A stretch of DNA of 64,000 nt, taken from Octopus sinensis. Taxonomy: Eukaryota. The notes under the pieces were generated by a model. It saw nothing but the letters and a program-made list of their open reading frames with translations. It was not told where the DNA came from and made no database searches. The translations under genes were made by a program, and so were the position numbers. Below, piece by piece: positions 53,245-64,000 of the stretch (the first letter of the stretch is position 1; each line of letters begins with the position of its first letter). The stretch lies in assembly GCF_006345805.1 (NCBI RefSeq), contig NC_043000.1, positions 140,492,001 to 140,556,000 of the forward strand, written 5' to 3'.

Positions 53245-53931
53245 ATACACATCCAAACTTAACCCCAGAAAGAGAAAGTACCACATAACATAATACAGAA
53301 CACTACTAACCTTTCAAATAATACCACTAACCCCCATACATCCCATACACCATTCACATTACAGGTCTATATCTACCCTGATTGCACCAAATCCAGAACT
53401 ACTTATGTCCCTTACACATAATCGTTTTACTCAAACTAGTAGACCTGACACCATTCATTAATCAATGTGTATTCAAAGCAATGATTAGTAAATTCATGAA
53501 ACCGGTATGCTTTTGAATCTCTTTAACAATTCGCAAAAATGACTTTTATTACTTTTATGCCTACTTCAGTTCATCTAATTGTGTATATGTATATATCATT
53601 ACTTTTCATAGAAAGCCTTTACTTTTTTTGATTTCCAATGTCTTCTTAATTTCCCCATACATTTCCACATGTAGTTTCTATTTTCTTTTTGTAACATATT
53701 TCTATTATAAATATATCATCTATACATACACATGCAAACAGTCTTAGGAGAAAATTTTCTTAAACGACTGTGAAAATATATTTCAGGCAGTGAATCCTTA
53801 AATAAAAGGATGCATGCATTTCTGTGGCCTATTGCTTTGTCAGCTACAAACTCCAATTTTCTCGGTATGTTGGCTCTGTACCGATTTTCTCATATGAAAA
53901 ACATATATTATACATTTGCTGATGTGCATAC

Positions 53932-53974
<43 letters not shown>

Positions 53975-55355
53975 GACATAGATAGGTAGGCACATATATA
54001 TATATATATATACTCACACATATATATATATGAATATGTGGAAACTGAACTATTCATTGTGGTGAATGTTTAATTTGAGACTTGTAAGAAATAACCACTG
54101 AATTCTATGCTTTTGCCTAAGAAAACAGGACTGAAGTATATCTCTCTTGAAGAACATTCAATAAATCATAATGCCGGTTTGTTGGGTGTCTTCTACATCT
54201 TATTTCTGTACATTTATTTCATAGCACAAGTGTGTTTACATTCTTAAAAAGAAGAAATTTCCCAGCTGGAAGGCTTTCAAATATTTGCATATTTTCCTTT
54301 CATTCATTTCTTCTGATCTCTGCTGCACTGTGCATAAATATGCAAACAAACTTTTGTTTATTTGTTTGTTTGCTTATATGTATGTATTTACGTATGTACG
54401 TATGTATGTATAAACAGGAATAAACTTTCAAAAACCAGATGAAGTCATCCAAATGCATATATCAATATATTCAATAACCAATGTACACATCAGTTTGAGA
54501 TGGTGCTACATTAATATGCTGAACTCACAACTGAATGCAAAATACAAAAGTAGCAAAATTGCAAGGCTCAAACGAAAACTTGTCTGAATGTATTAAGCAA
54601 ATTTAGACCTACTGAAAGATTTCTATTGCTGCGCATTAAAATCCTTATCTGTAAAACTTAGAAGAAATACAACTAATACCTGCATCATTAATGGAACATT
54701 TGATTGGATGGGGAAACTAAATTTTCTCTAAGAATACGTTAATTACCCTCTGCGTGTGTGGAGGCGCAATGGCCCAGTGGTTAGGGGGCAAACTCGAAAG
54801 AACCCTTAAGGTATGTCAATTATTATTATTTTTTTATTCTATTTGGAGAAAGTGTTTATCAACTAAATTAAGAAAGAACCTAGTTGCACCAGTTTTTATA
54901 TTCAAGGAAAAGGTGGGAGAGAAAATCTTTAAGTGAGGAAAGGCTGTGCACTGAGTCAATCCCACTCACTATGCAACAGCAGCCATAATCCGAAAAGAAA
55001 AACAAGTCAACATCATCGGTAACCACTGAGCCGCAGATTTTATGTCGGACTTATCCCAGTTACCTGAGTTACCTTCTCCCAGAAGGATGGCCTAACAAAG
55101 GCTGGGAGTCATTCACTCCCAATGGTTTAACCGCGCGATCGGGTATTCAGTATGTATAATTGAAAAGCATTAAATTAAAATCTCCATTTGCGTGTCATAC
55201 TAAACACATCCATACCATTAAAAGGCATGATGCTTTGGTGTTGTCTGAAATAAAATTTCTTCATAGACTTGGGATGGTAAAATCACAATACATATCTGAG
55301 TGAGACTGACATTGTCACTGCAGTGACTCATGAGGACAACAAATATATTTGTATA

Positions 55356-55868
55356 TCTATATATATAAAACTGTAGTTGTGTGAGTGTTTGTCCCCTTCG
55401 ATTTAGATTCCTAGCTACTCCCACATTTTGCAGTGCAGTTTAATCAAATTCAGGCATCTTATAGTCGTGATTCATATCGAGCCTGTCTGAGTATTAGCGC
55501 GCATCTACGATGAGTCTACGATTTTAAAAATAATTTAACATCATTTTTTATTCCATTTTAATGCATAATTTTTCGTGTGTCGATGGCGGCGGAGTTGGCG
55601 TTCATGGTCACACCTGCACCTGTTTGCTTCTCCCTCTTCTTCCCTCCCTCATGAAGCTGTGGGGAAGGGAGTGTAAGGAAATAAACGTCGTAAAGCGTTG
55701 TCAAGGAGACCAGCGTTCTTTTAGAACAACGACTTCATGGCTTGAAGACACCAAAACAGAAATGGCTAAGAAAGCCTGAATTGGCATCTATAAGGGAAGT
55801 AACTCTCTAAAAATGCTTATATAGTTATTTCCCTTACAAACCCGAGCAACGCCAGGCGATACTGCTAA
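55356..55868 (+). mobile_element. Non-autonomous Helitron, copy 2 (carries an extra internal ~235 bp)
   Basis: A|TCTATATATATAAAAC start; CCCGAGCAACGCCAGG hairpin + CGATACTG + CTAA|T end. Confidence 0.8.
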
Positions 55869-55889
55869 TATGAATATATATGAAAGTAT

Positions 55890-56090
55890 CTTTATGCAAC
55901 CACGGAGTCTCAGCATACATATAAAATCCGTTCTGTCTGTCTGTCTGTGTGTCTTCTAGGATCTCGGGCATCCTCCATCTGATTGCACTCAAATTTGATA
56001 TGTAGATACCAACGGTATCAGGGCGTGTATAAGTCTTGAAAAAATTACAAAAATCGATTCCAGGTGAGAATGCAATCGATAAAGCCATTT
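55890..56090 (+). mobile_element. Possible Helentron-associated (HINE/DINE-like) fragment
   Basis: TTTATGC...GCATA short inverted pair, (TCTG)n microsatellite, then CTCAAATTTGATATGTAG; this order resembles HINE 5' architecture. Confidence 0.4.
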
Positions 56091-56764
56091 TTGTCCTGCT
56101 TTTCTTCCTCCAACCTGTACATAACTGCACCTTCCATTTTTTGTTGTATTTGTACTGCTTAAAGGCACGTTTCTTTCCTGCCAAGCTTACTGTTTAAACC
56201 ATGTTTGTGTTCCCCCAGTCAACAGCCTCATCATTACTGGTACTTTAAACTCTTTGGTTGCATATTTGTGTGAATAAAATCGTTTTTCTTTGGAATAGAA
56301 AAAAGTCTATCTTTATTTCTTCTTTTGCTGGTGTCTCAAATTTAGGTTAAATCAGTGTTTCTCAAAGGGGAGAGGCCTATGGGATGGTTGGACAAATTGT
56401 TTTGAGAAAATTTGGTTTAAATGTTTGACAACTCAGCACCGTCCATTGGACGGTGGGGGGGGCTGTTTTGCTTGTACATATATATATGTATTTATTATAT
56501 ATATGGATATATATAGGATTTATTTTAAAATGACTTGATCTGAGACTATGTTAAAATTGAAGCCTTCTACATCATGGAAAATCCTCTGCATTAATATAAG
56601 GACAAATAAAAACTACTATGGTGTATTTACATTTATTTTTTTAACAGTATTGTCTCAAAAGTGTTGCAACAAATTTTTAGAGACTTCACTTTAGATAAAC
56701 TATTAAAAAGTTTACAATAATTGAATATGACAGGTTTTGCTTCTTTTAAATGGTTAGATGATGT

Positions 56765-56808
56765 CTTTTATAATGTAAGTATATACATATATATGTATGT
56801 ATATATAT

Positions 56809-56852
<44 letters not shown>

Positions 56853-56957
56853 TATTATATATATATTTATATATGTGTATATTATATATATATATTATAT
56901 ATGTGTATATATATATATATATTATATATGTGTATATTATATATATATTTATATATG

Positions 56958-56988
<31 letters not shown>

Positions 56989-57046
56989 GTATATATATAT
57001 ATATATATATTTATATATGTATATATATATAATATATATATATATG

Positions 57047-57110
<64 letters not shown>

Positions 57111-57170
57111 GTGTATATATATATTTATATATGTATATATATATATATATGTATGTATGTTTGTATGTAT
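56765..57170. repeat. TA-rich microsatellite/minisatellite
   Basis: Low-complexity run read directly from the sequence. Confidence 0.95.
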
Positions 57171-57920
57171 TTGCATGCGTGTTGGGGGGGTTGGGTTGTC
57201 AGTGTCTATGTTCACACATTTATATGTGTGCGCATAATACCTTTATCTCACACTTCACTTTGCTATCATTTCAGCTGACAGGATATTAGCAAAGCATGAT
57301 TCAAAGTATTATTTTTGTATATCAAGGCGGAACAGTACTGTTACTTAAGTCAAGTCATCTTAGCTACCTCTTAAATCATTTAAAAATCGTGATTATTTCC
57401 TTTATGATGTGCATCAATAAATTCTTTTTCAATATACAAATGTACACAATAGAACATAGAGAGATATATATGCATGTCTATCTATGTGTTGTGTGTGGGT
57501 CCTCTCTCTCTCTCTATACACACACATATACACATATTGATATATAGAATGTAAATAAGTAACAAGGATATCCAGGTATCAATACATTACAGCCATTTCG
57601 AGTGGCTCCTTTTAACCAATCAATGAAAACGTGACATCAATTTGCAAAATCCTCTCTTCTCAGAAGTAAATTACCATATAGATTTCCAACATAAAGGATA
57701 AACCATTTTCAACAAATTTATATCAATACTAGAAACCAAAATAATTACATCGTTTCCTTATGTTACATTTGTGGCAGAATGAGTTCAGAAAAATATGCAT
57801 ATCTTATTAAGCCTACTATAATTTAAAGAGTAGCAGAGGAAAATAGTGGGGGTCGAGATATGGGAGTGGTGAGATAGTATTTTATATTTAGAAGGTTTTA
57901 TGCAGCATGAAGTATAAGGA

Positions 57921-58262
57921 AGGCACAGGAGTGGCTATGTAGTATGTAGCTTGCTTACCAACTACATGGTTCGGGTGTTCGGTCCCACTGCGTGGCACCT
58001 TGGGCAAGTGTCTCCTACTATGGCCTCAGGCTGACCAAAGCCTTGTGAGCGGATTTGGTAGACGGAAACTGAAAGAAGCCCATCGTATATATATGTGTGT
58101 GTGTGTGCGTGTGTGTTTGTGTGTCTGTGTTTTCGTTTGTCCCATCAACATCGCTAGACAACCGATGCTGGTATGTTTACGTTCCCGTCACTTAGTGGTT
58201 CGGCAAAAGAGACCAATAGAATAAGTACTAGGCTTACAAAGAATAAGTCCTGAGGTCGATTC
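57921..58262 (+). mobile_element. Family A SINE, 3'-truncated
   Basis: Head and body intact; stops at GAGGTCGATT. Confidence 0.88.
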
Positions 58263-58590
58263 GTGTAATGTACTCAAAACAAATTCTTCATGAATTTAAT
58301 CTTCTTCTTCGTTGGAGAAAGAAAGCAAAAGTTTAGACGCATTCATTAATGGCTTGTAAAGAAATATATTTTAGTCTTTACTTGTTTAAGCCATTGGACT
58401 GCAAATATGTTGGGGCATCGCTTTGAGAGGTTCAGTAAAACAAAGCGACCCCAGTACTTATTTTTTTGTAAGTCTGGCACTTATTCTGTTAGTTTCTCAT
58501 GCCAAACCAGTAAGTTATGAGGATGTAAATAAACCAACACCAGTTGTCAAGTGAGGGCAGGGGCAGATACAAACACAAAGATAGAATACT

Positions 58591-59702
58591 TCAAAAAATT
58601 TCCTGACTAGTGATGTTTAATAAAGAATAACTTATTTACTTAGTTTCTACATAATCTTTCTGAAATAGTCACCATGTGCAGCAATGCACCAGTTCCAGAA
58701 TTCCTGCTACTTTTGGAATCTGGCCTGGGAGTTGTTTTCTGTAAGCAAGTTGAGGATCTTCTGTATTCACTCCTGATCTTGGCAATGGTGTTAAAATAAT
58801 AAGGTGGTGAGCTGGCAGAATCGTTAGCATGCCAGGCGAAACGCTTAGCGGTATTTCGTCTGCCACTATGTTCTGAGCTCAAATTCCACCGAGGTCGACT
58901 TTGCCTTTCATCCTTTCGGGGGTCGATTAAATAAGTACCAGTTACGCACTGGGGTCAATATAATTGACTTAATCCATTTGTCTGTCTTTATTTGTCCTCT
59001 CTGTGTTTAGCCCCTTGTGGGTAGTAAAGAAATAAAATGGTGTTAAAATAGTGACCTTTGATTTTCATTTTCATCTTGAGGAAAAGATGGAAATCCACCG
59101 GTGCTAAATCTGGCAAATAGGTTGGATGCAGAAGTGATGCCATGTTATTTTTTGTGAGAAACTCATGAGAGAGGGGAGCTCAGTGACAGGGTGCATTGTC
59201 GTCATGAAGAATCAAATTCTTCATGCTCCACAAATCCAATCGGTTTCACCAAATGTCCTGCCTCAAACACTTCAAAATGTCATTGATTGTCCTCCAACAA
59301 TCCTTATGCTCAACCTGATGAATTTTCTCCACATTTCTGGGGGTGACACTCTTAAAAGGTCTTCCAGATTACTCATTGATTTCCAGGGATGTTCTTCTGC
59401 ATTTGAAGAATTACCACTTGAAGCTTTGTGTATGATGGCCTTGTCACCATAAGCTTGTTGACACATACTCAATATCTCTATAGAAGACTTCCCAAGGTTA
59501 ACACTAAATTTCATGTTGGCTCTTTGTTCCAACTTCCTGTCCATGACAAAAATTTCACAACCTGCAAGGTAACTACAGCGAATATTACTCAGCACACTGC
59601 CTCATGAAGGTCATGGCTAGCTCTCTTTACACATGCAACCATGTGCTGCCATCTGTTGGTACACTACAGAACTAGTCTGGGAATTTTTTGATGCTGTCAC
59701 GT
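58591..59702 (-). mobile_element. Internally deleted mariner element with both TIRs, interrupted by a family B SINE
   Basis: TIR core TCAAAAAATT(T/C)CC(T/A)GACTAG at 58591-58610 and 59672-59691 (18/20). N-terminus MDRKLEQRANMKFSVNLGKS..., HPTYLPDLAPVDFHLF (YSPDLAP motif), C-terminus WNWCIAAHGDYF. Confidence 0.9.
58799..59035 (+). mobile_element. Family B SINE, 15-bp TSD
   Basis: TSD AATGGTGTTAAAATA at 58784-58798 and 59036-59050. Confidence 0.95.
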
Positions 59703-59712
59703 ACATGCATAC

Positions 59713-59754
<42 letters not shown>

Positions 59755-59762
<8 letters not shown>

Positions 59763-60092
59763 GCAAGATTTTTTATGTGAAGACGTGTGTTGAAACAGAT
59801 ATTGTTGTATTTTGGAATGGTCATTTTGCCAGTTTAGCCAATAAAAACACACGCACTATATATTTGGTGTTACTTTGGCTGATGGTTAGTAAGGAGAGAC
59901 ACAAATAAGAAAGAAGAAAGCAAAGGACCACTGATGCGGTCACAGGAGTGTGACGGAAGAACTCTGGCCGAAATAAGATTAAGTTTAATGTAAAAAATAA
60001 ATAACACTGAAGCAAAGTAACACCAAATATATAGTGCGTGTGTTTTTATTGGCTAAACTGACAAAATGACCATTCCGAAATACAACAATATA
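59755..60092. mobile_element. Inverted-repeat element between (TA)n tracts (79-bp arms, 135-bp spacer)
   Basis: 59799-59877 vs 60013-60091: 77/79 reverse-complement identity. Confidence 0.8.
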
Positions 60093-60106
60093 TATAATAG
60101 TATAAA

Positions 60107-60169
<63 letters not shown>

Positions 60170-60787
60170 GTACAGGACGTTACAAACAGTAAACAACATG
60201 AAATACGAAAACAAACAAGTTGGATATGCAAACGAGAGAAACAAATGGAAATAGGACAAGTAACATAAAGAACCACCCTTCATCAATTGTCAGCTGCTTA
60301 TCTACTCCTCATTCCGAGCATTGAACAACAATATGAGTTTTCAAAAGGCAGTTGCTCCCCCAAAAGCCAAAATAAAATTTGAGATTTTATAGAGGGTCAA
60401 AGTTGGCAACGAAAACAGGACAGTGGAGACATACAAGGAAGCTGAACGAAAACAAACATGTACGGTCATTAGACCAGGCGAAGCTAAAATAGGGAATGCT
60501 GCAGAAATGTTTTCTTTGACCAGAGAAAATATAGAAGTGTGAGAGGTAAATAGGAAACGTCCAACCTCTAGGACAGCCCTGAAAGAAAAGAAAGATGGAC
60601 GATGGTCATGTGTGAGCAATGAGAGAGAGTAAAGGAGAAAGCAAGGGAGAGAGAGACAGATAAAAAAGAGTGAAGGGTGGAAAAGGATTTAGAGAAAGGA
60701 TGAAAGAGAAAATAATAGGGAGAGAGAACAGTATAGAGTTATTACCTGTCACTCTTTGGGTCTTCTAGATACCAATGCCTCTCACAT

Positions 60788-60824
<37 letters not shown>

Positions 60825-61249
60825 CATAACAGGCTTTTTACAGTTCCTGTCCACCAAATTCATTCTTAGGGCATTGGTTGGCCTGGGGCTATAGTAGAAG
60901 ACAATTGTCCAAGATGTTGCATTGTGGGACTGAACCTGGATGCATGTGTCTTACCACAGAGCCATGACTGCATAATTCCAATAAATGAAAAACTAATGAC
61001 AAAAATGTAATTCTCAGGTTGAAGAGGAAGTGTATTGCTGATACTACCCAAACTAACAAAATTCAGATTTCACCATGCCTGCTAAACAAGGATTAAATTT
61101 TCCCTAAAGCATGAAATTTAAATTTTTGTTATTAATTCATTTTTTACATTATCTCTCCCCTCCTTCATAGATTTTTATTGAATGTTAATAGACCATTGTT
61201 TTCTTTCTGCAACTAACAGAAAATTTTCAATTCCTTCATTAAAATGCTA

Positions 61250-61617
61250 ACCAACCACATGGTTCCGCGTTCAGTCCCACTGCGTGGCATCTTGGGCAAG
61301 TGTCTTCTGCTATAGTGCCGGGCCGACCAATGCCTTGTGAGTGGATTTGGTAGACGGAAACTGAAAGAAGCCTGTCGTATATATGTACATATATGTATAT
61401 ATGTGTATGTGTGTGTGTTTGTCCCCCTAGCATTGCTTGACAACCGATGCTGGTGTGTTTACGTCCCCGTCAGTTAGCGGTTCGGCAAAACAGACCGATA
61501 GAATAAGTACTGGGCTTACAAAGAATAAGTCCCAGGGTCAATTTGCTTGACTAAAGGCAGTGTTCCAGCATGGCCACAATCAAACGACTGAAACAAGTAA
61601 AAGAGTAAAGAGTAAGA
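61250..61617 (+). mobile_element. Family A SINE, 5'-truncated
   Basis: From ACCAACCACATGGTTCC to AAGTAAAAGAGTAAAGAG. Confidence 0.9.
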
Positions 61618-61757
61618 GATATCATTCATTATTCCCACACATACATGTTTTATCTTAGTATTTGTCATTGGCTTATTAGAATTTTCAGCCTTAGTACTTT
61701 TCATTTATCACGTCCTAAATTCTGTTTGCCAAAAATTTCTTTTATCACTTTTTTTTA

Positions 61758-62109
61758 TCTTTATATATAAAAGTAAGGTTGTGTGCCTGTCTCCTACGAT
61801 TTAGATTCCTAACTACTCCCACATTTTGCGGTGCAGTTTAACCAAAACCGGGTATCTTATAGTCGTGATTCATATCGAGCCCTTCTGGGTATTAGCGCAC
61901 GTCTACGATGAGTCTACAATCTAAAAAAAAATTTACCATCATTTCTCTAAAAATGTCTACGATGAGTCAACGATTTAAAAAAAAATTTACCATCATTTTT
62001 TTTCCATTTTTAATGCTTTTTTTTGCTATTTTTTTGGCTATAACTCTCTAAAAATGCATATATAGTTATTTCCCTTACAAACCCGAGCAACGCCAGGCGA
62101 TACTGCTAG
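61758..62109 (+). mobile_element. Non-autonomous Helitron, copy 3
   Basis: A|TCTTTATATATAAAAG start; hairpin + CTAG|T end. Confidence 0.82.
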
Positions 62110-62199
62110 TATATATATAAAATCAAATATATTGATACTTACTGATCAAACAAATTTGTAGTGAGTATATAATAGTGTTGAGATCTAATATAGCTGAAA

Positions 62200-62705
62200 C
62201 ATGTCCGTTGAATTTACCATTCTCATTAGTCATGACTATTGCCAGTGTCATGTAACTGGCACTCATGCGCCAGTTGAACGTAAAATCCACCCTTTGAATG
62301 TTGGCCGATATGCTTTGCTTGAGAAGACCCATCAAGCCCAGTTAAACCGTAGTCATGGCTGATGTCAGTGTTGCATATTTGGCATCCATGCCAGTGACAT
62401 ATAAAAGGCCCCTTTGAACTTTAAACCTCACGGATGCAGGGAAAAGTGACTCAGACCTTGGGCAATACACCATGCTTGTGAAGACCTGTTATGCCAGTTG
62501 TAGCTGATGCTGGTTTTTTTGTAACTGGCAAACAAACAGCCCTCACTACACTCTTGGAGTGGTTGGTATCAGGAAGGGCATCTGGCTCTAGAAACCTTGC
62601 CTAATCACCAAATTAGCTTGAAACCTGGTGCATCTCCTCAGCTTTCTAGCAAACCGTCCAACCAATTTCTGCATGGAAAACAGACATTAAATAATGATAA
62701 TGATG
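62200..62705 (+). mobile_element. Diverged family D repeat with subrepeats
   Basis: CACTACACTCTTGGAGTGGTTGG...AGGAAGGGCATC...CATGGAAAACAGACATTAAATAATGAT. Confidence 0.7.
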
Positions 62706-63331
62706 GAATGACTTCAACTTTTCTTTAAGTCACTAAGGAATACTAATATGTTTATGGTCTCTTTTTTAAGCTAGGAGGAAACTTCCAATTCATAAAATTT
62801 CTTACTTGCCCCATTCATTACAAAACTCACATGTGCTTTACAAACATTTTTCTATGCTAGCTTTGCATGGATTGTCATAGTCAAGCGTTTTCTCATTCAG
62901 ACTTAATATTCTCTTGGATGGCTCATGCTTCACATTGCATTTTGTATGATTTGGACAGTTTGATTCCATTCCTTTTACCAGTTACTTACAGAGTGTACTG
63001 AAACGTATCATAGCAGCAGCATTAGAGTTGGTGTCATGTTCTCAGCAAACCTGAAGAGTCCTTTCTATGTTTCACAGTTACTGTTCATCCATCAACCACT
63101 TTCAGAATGCACTGCCACTTGCTATTATCGTGGGAACACTACCGGAAAGGTTGTCTTGTTTCTAAAGTGTTCTCTTCACTAGATTTCTCTGTATGTTTAT
63201 TCACTCAGCACCAAGGGATTGTCTCACAACTTAGTAAAAAGTGATGACAGGGGTAGAAAGGGAAAGAATGATAAATGATAGGCAATGGAGGAGAACAATG
63301 GGAGATAAAAAGAAGAGCAATGGTAGATAGA

Positions 63332-63564
63332 AAGGTGGTGAACTGGCAGAAACGTTAGCACACCGGGTGAAATGTTTAGTGGTATTTCGTCTCTCTTTAC
63401 GTTCTGAGTTCAAAATTCCGCCGAGGTCAACTTTGCCTTTCGTCCTTTTGGGGTCGATAAATTAAGTACCAGTTACGCACTGGAGTCGGTGTAATCGACT
63501 TAATCCCTTTGTCTGTCCTTGTTTGTCCCCTCTATGTTTAGCTCCTTGTGGGCAATAAAGAAAT
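63332..63564 (+). mobile_element. Family B SINE, ~21-bp TSD
   Basis: AAAAAGAAGAGCAAT(A)GGTAGA at 63307-63327 and ~63566-63588. Confidence 0.92.
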
Positions 63565-64000
63565 GAAAAAAGAAGAGCAATAGGTAGAAGAGCAGGCAGA
63601 CAGACAGACAGAGTGATTGACAATTGTGTAATGATTGTTGGTAAGAAAATTCAATGGAAACTACATGAGTAACCTCATGGAGGAAAAGAGATTAAAAGGA
63701 AATGGAAGAGTAATAAGAGTAAGAGGTCGACAGATATTAACAATAGAAGGAGTTCCGTGTTTGTGTGGGGAGAGGGAGGGAAAGGGAGAGAGGGAAGAGG
63801 GGGAGAGGGGGAGACAGAGGGAGACAGAGCAATGAATAGTAATGAAGAAGGGTGATTGTGAAAGGATGGAAACTATAGATGTAAATAATGAGTGATATGG
63901 GAAAGTATAATGAGAGAGTAAGAGAGAGAGAGAGAGAGAGTAAGTGTGTGTGTGTGTGTGTGTGTGTGAGTTGGTGTGTGTATGTGAGAGAGAGAGGGAG

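Noticed and set aside
57275-57421. Possible terminal exon (tttcag|..DRILAKHDSKYYFCISRRNSTVT*, AATAAA at 57416)
   Set aside because: Short, no recognisable protein family, no supporting upstream exons.
60255-60320. Minus-strand TTGATGAAGGG resembling a PLE hammerhead core
   Set aside because: No downstream stem II/GAAA in the right position; kept only as a (TA)n-adjacent repeat.
1146-63564. tRNA-like heads as genuine tRNA genes
   Set aside because: All continue into SINE bodies, lack a complete cloverleaf or acceptor stem, and several have TSDs.

Overview
AT-rich, repeat-saturated, non-coding animal DNA, most likely an octopus (inferred from the repeat families and the (TA)n/(CA)n load). I could not support any host protein-coding gene. 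Almost all listed ORFs are microsatellite read-through, translated SINEs or decayed transposon ORFs. The window holds dozens of tRNA-derived SINE copies from at least four families, decayed RTE, CR1-like and R4/Dong-type LINE fragments, two Penelope-like (PLE) coding remnants, mariner remnants, piggyBac-type MITEs, three non-autonomous Helitrons with canonical ends and a GC-rich ~156-bp tandem array. The most interesting signal is at 44.7-45.6 kb: three distinct short elements embedded in (TA)n tracts carry four minimal hammerhead-ribozyme (HHR) motifs of the type known from PLE terminal repeats. One of these elements is a ~228-bp near-perfect palindrome with an HHR-like motif in each arm. All assignments come from reading and translating by eye; none was checked against a database.
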